From positions 32,001-96,000 of the IMG/VR virus record IMGVR_UViG_2882674194_000007: DNA of 64,000 nt. One strand, written 5' to 3'. The stretch is from a virus. Its lineage: Duplodnaviria; Caudoviricetes. Below are positions 1 through 10,148 of the stretch, piece by piece; the stretch's first letter is position 1; the number at the start of each line of letters is the position of its first letter. The notes beneath the pieces were generated by a model. That model searched no databases. It had not been told where the DNA came from and was given only the letters and a program-made list of their open reading frames with translations. A program made the translations under genes and the position numbers.

Positions 1-416
1 TCGTTGATACCCTCTAATTCTTCATTACCAATAGCAAACCAATCATGCTCTCCTAATGGCATACACTCATTATTCTGCATATCAATAAGTGCTTTACTAT
101 TTACATCTTCATGAAATAATACATAACCCTCTGTAGCTACATATTTTTGCTTTTCAGGAAGATAACATTTTTCTACATTAACGTGCCAATTATCAGATTC
201 CGCATCGTCGAATAATGATACAATATATTCTCTATCGTATTCTTCTTCATAATCAATATCGCAGCTATTGAGAATTACATTTTTATAATTGAGTAATTCA
301 ACCATGATATCAGTAATCATCTGCTTATTTGCAATTACAGATACAAGGTTATTCTCATTGCCTAAATTGGCAAACATGTGAGATACTAAATCTTCAATAT
401 TTTCAAAATTTAACAT
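1..416 (-). CDS. Hypothetical protein (runs off the window edge)
   Basis: ATG at 416 after GGTAGGTGAT RBS; acidic protein MLNFENIEDLVSHMF..., open to the edge. Confidence 0.65.
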   Translation of the reverse strand, partial: MLNFENIEDLVSHMFANLGNENNLVSVIANKQMITDIMVELLNYKNVILNSCDIDYEEEYDREYIVSLFDDAESDNWHVNVEKCYLPEKQKYVATEGYVLFHEDVNSKALIDMQNNECMPLGEHDWFAIGNEELEGIN

Positions 417-438
417 ATATATCACCTACCAATTCAGA

Positions 439-714
439 TTAAGCCTTTACAGCTTCCTTCAATGCTTTACCAGCCTTAAATTTGGGAGATTTAGATGCTG
501 CAATGGTAATTGCTTCCCCTGTAGCCGGATTTCGCCCCTGACGTTCTGCACGTTCTGTAACTTCAAATGTACCAAAACCTGTAATGGAAACTTTATCTCC
601 GTCAACCAATGTATCAGCAACGATATTAGTAAAGGTAGTCAGTGCCTTTTCTGCATCCTTTTTAGAAAGTTCTGCTTTCTCAGCCATAGCTGAGATCAAT
701 TCTGTTTTGTTCAT
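439..714 (-). CDS. hup: HU family DNA-binding protein
   Basis: MNKTELI...GFGTF...GRNPATGE...PKFKAGKALKEAV signature. Confidence 0.97.
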   Translation of the reverse strand: MNKTELISAMAEKAELSKKDAEKALTTFTNIVADTLVDGDKVSITGFGTFEVTERAERQGRNPATGEAITIAASKSPKFKAGKALKEAVKA

Positions 715-912
715 ATATTTTAATTTCCTTTCGTTTTCAATACTATTTTTAGTTAATGCGACATGGTAGTGACACCATATCGCTTCATCAAAACGGACTA
801 CTCAAAAGTAGAAGAGTAGTCCTGTTCTCCATAGTCACTTATGCACATATAAAATAGAAAAACTGTGTCACTCGTACACAGTCTACTTTGTCATGAAATT
901 AGTATTTTGTTG

Positions 913-2157
913 CTAATTCAAAATAAATTTGTATGTTTCTATGTGTCCGTATGTACTATCAAATCCATATATTTTAACAGCAGCTTTGCTACCTTTCATA
1001 ATAGAATCACTATAAGGATCGCTACCAACGAAAGAAGGACTTACCAATATTTCCGTATCATTACAACATCCTTCAAAACTAGGAATTTCCTTACCAGAAT
1101 GAAAATGTCCTAATAATAGATAATCAATAAAGCTTCGTCTCATCATACTTAAATCACGTATAGAATTTTCTATATTTTTTAACTGATGTCCATGCATAGC
1201 AATAATTTCATTTCCCATAATTGGAATTTCTATGTATTGTTTGCCTTCTTCAGCCAAATGAACAGAAATTCTTTTATTACCAATACATAAGTCTTTTATA
1301 TAATTTCCAATAAGATATTCTAAATCCTCATCTGCAATTTCACTTGCTTTAGTTCCTAATGGACGTAATTGACTATGATTTGCCGAAGGGGTATGATAGT
1401 ATTCAATTTTTGTATACACAGATAATTCTCTTAAAAATAATGCGATTAACCTACTAATCTCCACAGTAGATCTAACAATGGTAGAATCGTTAATTTTTAA
1501 ATCACTAACACGTAAAATTCCCTGTACCATATCGCCCAATGAAGCTATATGAAGTTTTGTTACTTTATGTTTTTGAATGAATTCAATAACATATCCAGAT
1601 AAATTTTCAAATCGTTCTTTTACGATTTCTGGTGAATATTCATTATTTTCACTTTTAAATTTTGCACCATAATGGATGTCTGCAAGAGACATGATATATC
1701 CTAATTCGTTTCCTGCTGAATCATAATATAGTGGCTGAAATTCTGGAAGTGGAAGAGCGGTACAAACATTACCAACATATTCATAATACATTTCTTGACG
1801 AGATTCATTTCTATCTACACGGTTCCGCTCTATATTGGCAGTCTGCAATTTCATACGTTCTTTTCGCATATCTGCAATTTTCTTATCTAATTCTTTCTCT
1901 CTTGAAAATTCTTCTGGATTGGTATAGATTTGATTTTTAAGATATTCTGTTCTAAACTGACCGCCAAAGATAGTAGAAGATGCCTTGCGAATTGTATCTG
2001 AATTGCAGGTAATATTATATTTTGCTTGGATCTCTGCCCAATCAAGATCGTTATTTCCTTCTAATTTATCAGAAATATCCTTACATACCTTTTCATATGT
2101 ATCAGTAGTTAATCCATACTTTGCTAATTCTTCATTAAAATTATACAGAGTAGTCAC
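913..2157 (-). CDS. Calcineurin-like metallophosphoesterase (SPbeta YonJ-like)
   Basis: DIHYG, LGD, NH, HGH and GHFH metal-binding motifs; N-terminal coiled coil. Confidence 0.8.
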   Translation of the reverse strand: MTTLYNFNEELAKYGLTTDTYEKVCKDISDKLEGNNDLDWAEIQAKYNITCNSDTIRKASSTIFGGQFRTEYLKNQIYTNPEEFSREKELDKKIADMRKERMKLQTANIERNRVDRNESRQEMYYEYVGNVCTALPLPEFQPLYYDSAGNELGYIMSLADIHYGAKFKSENNEYSPEIVKERFENLSGYVIEFIQKHKVTKLHIASLGDMVQGILRVSDLKINDSTIVRSTVEISRLIALFLRELSVYTKIEYYHTPSANHSQLRPLGTKASEIADEDLEYLIGNYIKDLCIGNKRISVHLAEEGKQYIEIPIMGNEIIAMHGHQLKNIENSIRDLSMMRRSFIDYLLLGHFHSGKEIPSFEGCCNDTEILVSPSFVGSDPYSDSIMKGSKAAVKIYGFDSTYGHIETYKFILN

Positions 2158-2164
2158 CTACTTT

Positions 2165-2377
2165 CTATTCTTCATCAAACATCGAACTAGAAATTGGAGC
2201 AGCTCCACCTAATTTAAGATCAATAGCCTGTCCAACATACTGTTTAAACATATTTACAATACTAATAGGAGCGTCAAATGCTTCCTCATTCACTAAAACT
2301 AATTCGCCATTGATTTCCTCAACTCTTGCACCTACAATATTTTCAATTGTTTGGTGTGTATTATCTAATTTTGCCAT
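2165..2377 (-). CDS. Small protein, possibly YonK-like
   Basis: RBS-preceded ORF directly upstream of the YonJ-like gene; synteny only. Confidence 0.5.
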   Translation of the reverse strand: MAKLDNTHQTIENIVGARVEEINGELVLVNEEAFDAPISIVNMFKQYVGQAIDLKLGGAAPISSSMFDEE

Positions 2378-2498
2378 TTGAAATCTTCCTTTCATTTATG
2401 CTTTTTTATTATCAATTTGTTATATGTTTACATATGGTGGGCTATTGACGATGAGCCTAGCAACGGAGGACTGTTTGTACTAAACAGACAAAATGAAT

Positions 2499-2579
2499 TG
2501 CTGAAAGCACAGGAGTCGAACCTGCTATCACAAAGGTTATGAGCCTTGTATGGTTTATATATCCGTTCCACTCGCCAGC
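2499..2579 (-). tRNA. Degenerate tRNA with CAT anticodon (Met/Ile2-like, possibly pseudo)
   Basis: AAGG-CTCATAA-CCTT anticodon arm and GCAGG-TTCGACT-CCTGT T arm; enlarged D loop and imperfect acceptor stem. Confidence 0.55.
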
Positions 2580-2581
2580 AG

Positions 2582-2656
2582 TTGGGAATCAGGGACTTGA
2601 ACCCTGGACAAACATGCTTTATAAGAACACCGCTCTACCAACTGAGCTAATTCCCA
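2582..2656 (-). tRNA. tRNA-Ile (anticodon TAT/UAU)
   Basis: TGGGAAT/ATTCCCA acceptor, GCTCAGTTGGTAGAGC D arm, GTGTT-CTTATAA-AGCAT anticodon arm, CAGGG-TTCAAGT-CCCTG T arm. Confidence 0.85.
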
Positions 2657-3247
2657 AAAGAACAAATGACGATACTGCTAGAATAGCAGCACCGCCACCT
2701 GTGACAGAAATGAGAAATAAAATTATGAAATAAAGAATTCTCAAATATCAGATGCTTAAAACAGAACTGGAATATCTTCTGTAATCTCAATCAATTTGTT
2801 ATCAGTAAAATACTGATATGAATTAAATCTATAATTTGAAATTATATTGTTCAAAAATTTTCTTTTACCACTAAAGAAATAATATTTTCAGCTTTCTACT
2901 CATTTAAGAGATAAAGAATTTTCAGTTCTAATAAAATTAGCATACAAAAACTCCGATTTAATGCCACTACAGGGCAAACTTAGTATGCTGGCATTTGTGC
3001 GATGCAATATACACACCCTTATGCATTCTTATTTACACAAACAAGTTTTTTACCACAGCCTCATGTGTGTAATTATTATTGGCTGAGGCTTATGACGAAG
3101 TAATTGTGTGCAACAGGACAGTATTCTCAAATCCTGTAATTGACAAAATAGAATAGAAGATAAATTTTATTGACACATTACTTTGTTTTCCATACTTGAT
3201 ATATAACACCATAAAAATGTCTATAAATACTAAGATTACAATAAAAA

Positions 3248-4120
3248 CTAAGATTTTTTATTTTCTCGCTTCCTATCTTTATACTTTTTATCTGACTTTC
3301 TATTTGATTCTTTTTTAGATAGTTCTGCACATTTATCACAATATAATCGCTTATTTCCTGTTTTTTCTATTAAAGAGCCACATTGTTTACAACGAGAATA
3401 AATATTTCCATGTCCACGCCTTACACCATAGTATTCCTTTTGGTAATTTTTAAAGTAGTTCTCCAATGTTCTGCATATATATCCAACATAGAAGTGATCC
3501 TCAGTTAAAAAATCCAACATTGTATTTATCTTGGTCTTATCTTCATATTCTCCAATAAGTTTGCAATTATCAAAGCATCTCTTCAAAAATTCTTCAACAA
3601 CATTTTTATATTCATTCCAAGACAAAGACATTTTTTCTTTTTGCAACTTTATTTTAACTTTTTGAGCATTATCTATTGCATTATCTATAAGTTCTGTAAC
3701 AGTATAAGTATCCATATCAATTCCAGAAATCCATTGATAATACAATTTTTTTGGTGTCTTTAATAAATCCATATATTCTTTGCTTAAAATAACTTCTTTA
3801 TCAAAGTATCGAGTGTATATATTATTTATCTTTTGTCTGATAATAGAGCACCAATTTTCATCTTTTGTCATTGATTTATAATATGTATATTCAATATCTG
3901 ACCAAGCATCAAAAGCTTGTCCAAGTTCTGTTTGTAACAAATCTTTTCTAACATTAAACCTTATTGACTTTTTATATATTCTCCGTTTATTATCAGAAGA
4001 CCAGATAGAAGAGCAGAATGAGTGAAAAATCTCATTCTTTTCTTCTTCTGTTTTGGTTTCTTTATAATTTTCTATGATTTCATATAAAAATGAATCATCA
4101 CATTCGTATATATGTATCAC
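3248..4120 (-). CDS. Hypothetical protein with C-terminal zinc finger, overlapping the end of the RNAP gene
   Basis: 290 aa; CKQCG...YCDKC. Confidence 0.75.
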   Translation of the reverse strand: MIHIYECDDSFLYEIIENYKETKTEEEKNEIFHSFCSSIWSSDNKRRIYKKSIRFNVRKDLLQTELGQAFDAWSDIEYTYYKSMTKDENWCSIIRQKINNIYTRYFDKEVILSKEYMDLLKTPKKLYYQWISGIDMDTYTVTELIDNAIDNAQKVKIKLQKEKMSLSWNEYKNVVEEFLKRCFDNCKLIGEYEDKTKINTMLDFLTEDHFYVGYICRTLENYFKNYQKEYYGVRRGHGNIYSRCKQCGSLIEKTGNKRLYCDKCAELSKKESNRKSDKKYKDRKRENKKS

Positions 4121-6788
4121 CTACCTCAAATTCATAATATTTACCAAGATATTCATAAGAATCATTGGTTTTATATGGAACCTCTTGTATTGAAACATTT
4201 CTTTTTGGATTTGTATTAATCCTTAAATTATCAATGATATAATCACCATAACCAGCCCATGCGAAGGATTTACTGATAGAAATAGAAGAGTACGAAACTT
4301 TAATTACATAGTTTGCAATCAATTCTTCATCTATTTGTAATTCATTTAATATACGCTTTCTATATTCTGTAACAATAGCATTCATATTAAACTTATGATT
4401 CTCATCATCTGACTTTTCTCTACGAAGCTTTATGTGCCTTCTAATTTCATCAGCATATTGATTAATATATCTTCTACATATCTTCATTATTTTTTTATCA
4501 GATAAATCCAGATCATTATTGATAATCAAGCATCGGGTATCAACCAAGTTATTTACATCATTATCCCAAAGAATATTTTTCTTCTCCCATGTGCAAATAT
4601 AGTCACATAATTCATTCATAGGAGAGGGAGAGTGATAAGCATTTAATTTTACTTTATCCTCTTTATTCTCTGTCTGCTTATTTTTTTCTAATAAAGTCTT
4701 ATATGTTTTAAGCTTTGAAGGATAATTGTAAAGCAAAAAATATGGAAGTTGCTTTAAATGTTTTCTCAATCCGCTGTTCATGTGCCAACGAAATCCCGTT
4801 TTTAAAAAGTCGATTTCTTTTCCTTGGTAGCATCTAAGTAATGAAGCATAGTTAGAATACAAAGTCTTTATCTCTTCATTGGTTGTATATCTGTTTTCAA
4901 TACTTGTCGCTACATTAGTAATTTCTCCGATCCTGTTATCTCTTGTCATAACCTCATATTCTATAATATTTTCTTTTGTGTATGGTTTTGATTGTGCTGT
5001 TACTTTATCCTCTATATCAAGAATGATATGTTTTTCAATCTTAGATTCAATAATTATGGGTTCATCACATAATAAAAATATATCTCCGTCACAGTCGGCT
5101 CCTCCTTGTTGTGGAAGAGATACATCATACATATTGAACATCACAATATCCTGATCTTTGAAATATCCAAACCATCTGTTGATAATATCATTCTTGACAA
5201 TTTTAACTTTGTTTACCTCTGAAGGATCTACTAATGGGGAGCGAAGTGAAATAATATCTCCACAATCAAAATTACCACTATATATTTCTCTTTCACCCAA
5301 ACAACCAACAGGTTTCATATCAACGGCATATTGTAAATATCCAATCATATCGCCAACACCTGTGTGATAAAATCCTGAACAATAAATTTTCCCGACTTTT
5401 GCCTCGTCAATGGATTTCTTCAGCTTTCGATATATAAACTGTTTTACTGCTGGATCTTTTAACATGACATCATTGATTAAGGCAGCTTCAAGATATTTAC
5501 TTTCTGGCTCATAACCATAAGTATCCATAATTCCCATGAACTTATAAGTATAAAATTTATCCCCTTTTATTATTTTTTCAAATAGAGAAGTAGTATACTT
5601 TGCTAAAGTCACAATTTTACCATCATTATTACTGTCAAGGATATCATAGTTGCCCACAGATTTATTTTCATAAGCATCAATGTACTTTTGATTCCATAAA
5701 TCCAAGCATTGTAAATACTGGAAATTCATCCTTGTATATTTGTTTAGATGTTTTACATGATGACTATATTTGCTGATCCCCAATTTAAACTTATATTTCC
5801 TAACGGTATTCATATATTCAACCCAAGCATTATCACCATACTTTTCTTTAAAAATCTTGTGACCTTTGAACATAGAAATATTCCAAATACAATCAACCAT
5901 ACTGATATGGTGCTTTGTACCATAAATATCTGTAATGTATTCGTATCCCCATTCTTTAAGAATCTGCCTAAATGGAACATAAACAGAATACCCTTTAACA
6001 AATGGTAAACGTACCTGTGTCCCGATAACATTATAATCAAGCCCTAATTGTGCGCTGACATTTTCCATAAAACCATGCTCATGACAACCACACCCGTCAA
6101 AAGGAGAAATTTTTAAATCTTTATATCCTTCTTCGATTTCTCTTGACTTATATTTTTTTGTTTTGCCAGTTTCCTTATCTACAAATTCTTTTTCCCTTTC
6201 GACAACATACTTGATTAATTGGTTCTGAAGAGTTTTCTCGTACTCTCTAATAATTACGATATTTGGCATATAATCTCTGATAAGAGTACAGGAGCTAAAT
6301 GGTAAACATCTTTGTGCTTCATACTTTGAGATTACACACTCATCAATTTCGATATCCATCTGTGTAATCATATATAATTCATCAAAAATTGAATCACATA
6401 CAAAAGCAGTAATTCCATCTTTACCTTGTGAAGCTGATTTTCCAAAACGAGTATAATGAATACCGTTATATGTAAAACCTTTATCTAAAATATGTCTCAA
6501 ATCTTTTTCTTGCTTTGGATTTTTCTTAGCTACAACAAGAATAATTTCGTCTATATGTGAAGAAAATTTTCCACGCAATCTCTCAATTTGATCAAATAAA
6601 GGGGAAGCACCTTGAGCGATAAGATATTCTTCTTTTATTTCTTTTTCTCTGCTGACAATTGCACTAAAGTTTTGCTTGATAAGTTCCCTGATTGGAATTT
6701 TTACAAGTGTATATTGAGTTGTTTCTATCTCACGTTCCTCCTCACTAAACATATTTAATTGCTTCATTATAAAAGTCTTTTGCGACAT
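4098..6788 (-). CDS. YonO-like single-subunit DNA-dependent RNA polymerase (double-psi-barrel, RdRP-like family)
   Basis: 896 aa; QVRLPFVKG, LRSP, catalytic GGADCDGD (DxDGD), IGEITN; SPbeta-like context. Confidence 0.88.
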   Translation of the reverse strand: MSQKTFIMKQLNMFSEEEREIETTQYTLVKIPIRELIKQNFSAIVSREKEIKEEYLIAQGASPLFDQIERLRGKFSSHIDEIILVVAKKNPKQEKDLRHILDKGFTYNGIHYTRFGKSASQGKDGITAFVCDSIFDELYMITQMDIEIDECVISKYEAQRCLPFSSCTLIRDYMPNIVIIREYEKTLQNQLIKYVVEREKEFVDKETGKTKKYKSREIEEGYKDLKISPFDGCGCHEHGFMENVSAQLGLDYNVIGTQVRLPFVKGYSVYVPFRQILKEWGYEYITDIYGTKHHISMVDCIWNISMFKGHKIFKEKYGDNAWVEYMNTVRKYKFKLGISKYSHHVKHLNKYTRMNFQYLQCLDLWNQKYIDAYENKSVGNYDILDSNNDGKIVTLAKYTTSLFEKIIKGDKFYTYKFMGIMDTYGYEPESKYLEAALINDVMLKDPAVKQFIYRKLKKSIDEAKVGKIYCSGFYHTGVGDMIGYLQYAVDMKPVGCLGEREIYSGNFDCGDIISLRSPLVDPSEVNKVKIVKNDIINRWFGYFKDQDIVMFNMYDVSLPQQGGADCDGDIFLLCDEPIIIESKIEKHIILDIEDKVTAQSKPYTKENIIEYEVMTRDNRIGEITNVATSIENRYTTNEEIKTLYSNYASLLRCYQGKEIDFLKTGFRWHMNSGLRKHLKQLPYFLLYNYPSKLKTYKTLLEKNKQTENKEDKVKLNAYHSPSPMNELCDYICTWEKKNILWDNDVNNLVDTRCLIINNDLDLSDKKIMKICRRYINQYADEIRRHIKLRREKSDDENHKFNMNAIVTEYRKRILNELQIDEELIANYVIKVSYSSISISKSFAWAGYGDYIIDNLRINTNPKRNVSIQEVPYKTNDSYEYLGKYYEFEVGDTYIRM

Positions 6789-7197
6789 TTCTTAGTGCTT
6801 TTGTTGATATTTCATTTCTAATCCAATTCCAGATATTCATTAGTAAATCATCAAAACATGCATCCATAGACGGATTGGTTATATATTTAACTTGTTTTTT
6901 ACCAAACCAGTAATCGAAGATGTTTGTAAACCATAATATTACTAAGAAACATTCATCATCATATGATGATCCTTCAAGTGTAACAACTTTACCAGAAGAC
7001 TCTTCTGGATATTTCATATCAATTTCAGAATTTCTAATTTTCATCATATTTAACACGTTGTTAACATCTCTATCGCTATTGACATTCCATAATGTATATC
7101 CGTGTGGAATAGGTGGTAATCCTCTAACAATACCACTAATAGACCGCATTTCTGTATTTAACAAATAGTTTCCAAATATTCCATACATACTAAACAT
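6745..7197 (-). CDS. Hypothetical protein
   Basis: 150-aa ORF with AAGGAGA RBS. Confidence 0.7.
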   Translation of the reverse strand: MFSMYGIFGNYLLNTEMRSISGIVRGLPPIPHGYTLWNVNSDRDVNNVLNMMKIRNSEIDMKYPEESSGKVVTLEGSSYDDECFLVILWFTNIFDYWFGKKQVKYITNPSMDACFDDLLMNIWNWIRNEISTKALRNVAKDFYNEAIKYV

Positions 7198-7356
7198 ATT
7201 ATCATCTCCTTCTCTCCAATGAAATTTCTATTCTATCTAATTCGACAATTCCAATCGTTCTTATCAATAAACCACTCGCTATTCCACCAACATATATAAA
7301 TACATTGTGGTAGATTATGTATTATTGGAATAATCCATTTTGGTTTCATCATGACT

Positions 7357-7557
7357 TTATTCTCCCATAGTCTTAATATCAAATCCTAGCCACTCCAATA
7401 AATCCCTCATACCATGAAAACATTCATAGTGACGATACTCACCGTCCAAGTTTTTAATATATTCTTCTCCATCGTAAATTCCATCACCACAAGAAGCGCA
7501 GTAGTGTAATGTTTTTCTAGGTGTGTAATTTGGGCACATGGAATGACAAGGATTCAT
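7357..7557 (-). CDS. Small Cys-rich (zinc-binding) protein
   Basis: CASCGDGI...HYEC pattern. Confidence 0.65.
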   Translation of the reverse strand: MNPCHSMCPNYTPRKTLHYCASCGDGIYDGEEYIKNLDGEYRHYECFHGMRDLLEWLGFDIKTMGE

Positions 7558-7574
7558 TTTACATATCTCACAGA

Positions 7575-8009
7575 TTAAGCAACACCTCCAACACCATATT
7601 TCTCTATTCGTTCATGTACATATCCGTCATTGGTTGTATAGTAAATATCTTTAATTCCTAAATCTTTTATAGCTGCCATGCAAGAAGGACATGGACGAGA
7701 TAGTCCAAACGGTTGATCCTTGCGAATCCTATATATGTATAACTTGACTTTTGAAAAGTTAATATTCAAATGTCTGATAGAATTTATACAGTTAATTTCT
7801 GCGTGTAACTTTGGTAACATATTTTCCGATGGCTTTCGATACTTATTATATTTTTTCTGTATTGGATGAGTCTTATTACAGTTGCAACCGATGCCAATGA
7901 TATTGCCTTGATAAACGGCCACACATCCAATGTGGGTTTTATAATAATCAGATATACTGGCAGTTTGTCTTGCCTTGTCAAAATATCTATAATCACTTTT
8001 GGTCAACAT
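7575..8009 (-). CDS. Zinc-dependent cytidine/dCMP-type deaminase
   Basis: HAE...PCPSC deaminase motif. Confidence 0.85.
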   Translation of the reverse strand: MLTKSDYRYFDKARQTASISDYYKTHIGCVAVYQGNIIGIGCNCNKTHPIQKKYNKYRKPSENMLPKLHAEINCINSIRHLNINFSKVKLYIYRIRKDQPFGLSRPCPSCMAAIKDLGIKDIYYTTNDGYVHERIEKYGVGGVA

Positions 8010-8411
8010 TTATCCTGCCAGTCTTTCCTGTTCAAATAACTCATTACCACGTTCAAAACACGCAAGTTCATATTCGTATCTTTCTACAAAGTAATCAAAA
8101 TATTTTTTGCCGTTTCCCTTATTAGTGACAGTGGCACAATGATGTACAATTCGGCAGATATTCTCTGTAATGGACTCTCTAGTTCCTGATATGTATTGTG
8201 TATCAACCTTCTTAGAAGATAACTTCATCCGATCCTCCAAATCGGTACGATTTAACCACATAGAAAGAGCATATTTATCTTCATGTTTATCAAAGTGATA
8301 CGCACATTCAACAATATAGTTCTCATATCCAAAATTAGATAATTCAATCGTAATTGTGTTGCCTTTAAATTGGGGTTGCATCAGTTCTTTTAAGCTTCTC
8401 TTCATTAACAT
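8010..8411 (-). CDS. Hypothetical protein
   Basis: GGAGGA RBS before ATG 8411; abuts the deaminase. Confidence 0.7.
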   Translation of the reverse strand: MLMKRSLKELMQPQFKGNTITIELSNFGYENYIVECAYHFDKHEDKYALSMWLNRTDLEDRMKLSSKKVDTQYISGTRESITENICRIVHHCATVTNKGNGKKYFDYFVERYEYELACFERGNELFEQERLAG

Positions 8412-8548
8412 TTTTAAACATCCTCCATATTTTAAGTTGTACATTAGATTTTTAGTATAAAATTTCACAGTCGATAACTTTATCAACAAGTGTGTTAGAA
8501 TTTTCTACGCTAATGTACACCATTTGATTCCTGACAAATAACGGTATC

Positions 8549-8926
8549 TCAGTTGTGTTTACTTGCCTGATATTTTCTCATACGTTCACCAGCAGCAATT
8601 TTCTGTTCTTCAGATAGTTCTCTTTTCTTTGCTCTGAAACTGATCAGAGTCTTATCTTCAACACGATACGTTTTCCCTCTACCAGTATCAGCGATGAGAG
8701 AGTACATATCTGGACTTGTTTTACATAATTTATCTAATTTAGTCATATATGTAGTATCTGAGGTATAGATTGTGGCATAATCTTCATCTCTCATAAAATT
8801 GATACATACTTCTTGCTCTGAAACGGATACTGAATTTGATAGTTTTGGTTCTTCAATAGTTATTTCTTCATTTTCATCAATGTTTATGTATCCAGATTTA
8901 CTTGCCATAATTTTTATTCCTTTCAA
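8549..8926 (-). CDS. Hypothetical phage protein
   Basis: 125-aa ORF in the minus-strand operon. Confidence 0.7.
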   Translation of the reverse strand: MKGIKIMASKSGYINIDENEEITIEEPKLSNSVSVSEQEVCINFMRDEDYATIYTSDTTYMTKLDKLCKTSPDMYSLIADTGRGKTYRVEDKTLISFRAKKRELSEEQKIAAGERMRKYQASKHN

Positions 8927-9116
8927 TACCTTCTCGATTTTTCTTCCAAAGTTTTTCTTCTCTTTGCTTATCTGCTTCTATACGACTTGCTATCTGAGAT
9001 CCGTTTGTATTATCTTTCCCTCGATAATCTGTATTGAAATCTGATGGAAAAATTAATCCTCCGAATTTTGTGTGATCTACTTCATAAATTCCATATCTGT
9101 TAGTTTTGTGTGTCAT
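8898..9116 (-). CDS. Hypothetical protein
   Basis: AAGGAG RBS; co-oriented. Confidence 0.6.
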   Translation of the reverse strand: MTHKTNRYGIYEVDHTKFGGLIFPSDFNTDYRGKDNTNGSQIASRIEADKQREEKLWKKNREGIERNKNYGK

Positions 9117-9274
9117 TAGTTACTGTAAATTCTCCTTTTCTGTTTGATAAAATTTTGGTTGTTAATGTTGTCTTCTTTGTCGTCATGGTTTTCGATTCTC
9201 CTTTTTTGGTGGTATGATAGTGGTGATGATGGATATTGATTCATGTTTACAATACTTATTTCTGTGTTTTGGAA

Positions 9275-10129
9275 TTAATTTTGATAGAATTTTTTACTTA
9301 CATAATTCTGATTTCTCAAAAATAAAATCCCATATTCTAATTCCTTCTCATAGTTATATTCTTCTTTTGTACATTGAACTATTTGATTATTTCTCCATAT
9401 ATACCGATAAGGACAGATATAAATAATATCATCAGTGTGCCAATTATCATTGGAATCTTTATATCTTGGCATCCTATGGGTTTTTATTAAACCAAGTTGT
9501 TCTAATACTTCTGTTGCTTTTGCAATCATTTTTCTATCACTACCTATAAAAGCAGCTATAGACTGAAACTGTGAATAAAATATTTCTGGTTTATTCTTCT
9601 TAGATTTTTCAGAATGTCCAGATGATTCATTCGTTCTGATCCAAGTAAATGCCTTTATATAAGATAACAGAAGATATAGTATACTTTTATTTAATGGTTT
9701 GTATGGTGACTGATACTTATTGATTGTTTCTACTTCAAAGTCATATAAAATACCAAAATTGTTTTTTGGATTCATTTTTTCCATATTAATCAATGATGAC
9801 TGAAAGGTATTCTGTATATATTTCTCTTTATCAAAGTCAATGATGTATCCATTTTCAAAGAACCAATCCATGCAATCTCTAAACTTGGTAAAAATATTTT
9901 TTTCAGTACCCCTATGCCAGTTTGGTTTATACTTACACCACTGAATCATATAAATAGGAGAGTAGTGAACAACGTTTTCCCATGTTTGGTTATAATTTAA
10001 ATAGAGCAAAGCCGATAATCTGTGTTCTGGTAAAGTATTTGCCAAAATTACTTCTTTTGGAATCTTTACAAAACGATTTACTGTATCTGGTAATTCTAAT
10101 GTAGCTGTTGGTGATTTATTATTCTCTAT
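9275..10129 (-). CDS. Winged-helix DNA-binding protein, possible replication initiator
   Basis: SIAAFIGSDRKMIAKATEVLEQLGLI wHTH pattern; frame open back to ATA at 10129 behind AAGGAGG. Confidence 0.6.
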   Translation of the reverse strand: MENNKSPTATLELPDTVNRFVKIPKEVILANTLPEHRLSALLYLNYNQTWENVVHYSPIYMIQWCKYKPNWHRGTEKNIFTKFRDCMDWFFENGYIIDFDKEKYIQNTFQSSLINMEKMNPKNNFGILYDFEVETINKYQSPYKPLNKSILYLLLSYIKAFTWIRTNESSGHSEKSKKNKPEIFYSQFQSIAAFIGSDRKMIAKATEVLEQLGLIKTHRMPRYKDSNDNWHTDDIIYICPYRYIWRNNQIVQCTKEEYNYEKELEYGILFLRNQNYVSKKFYQN

Positions 10130-10148
10130 GTAAAAAACGCCTCCTTTC

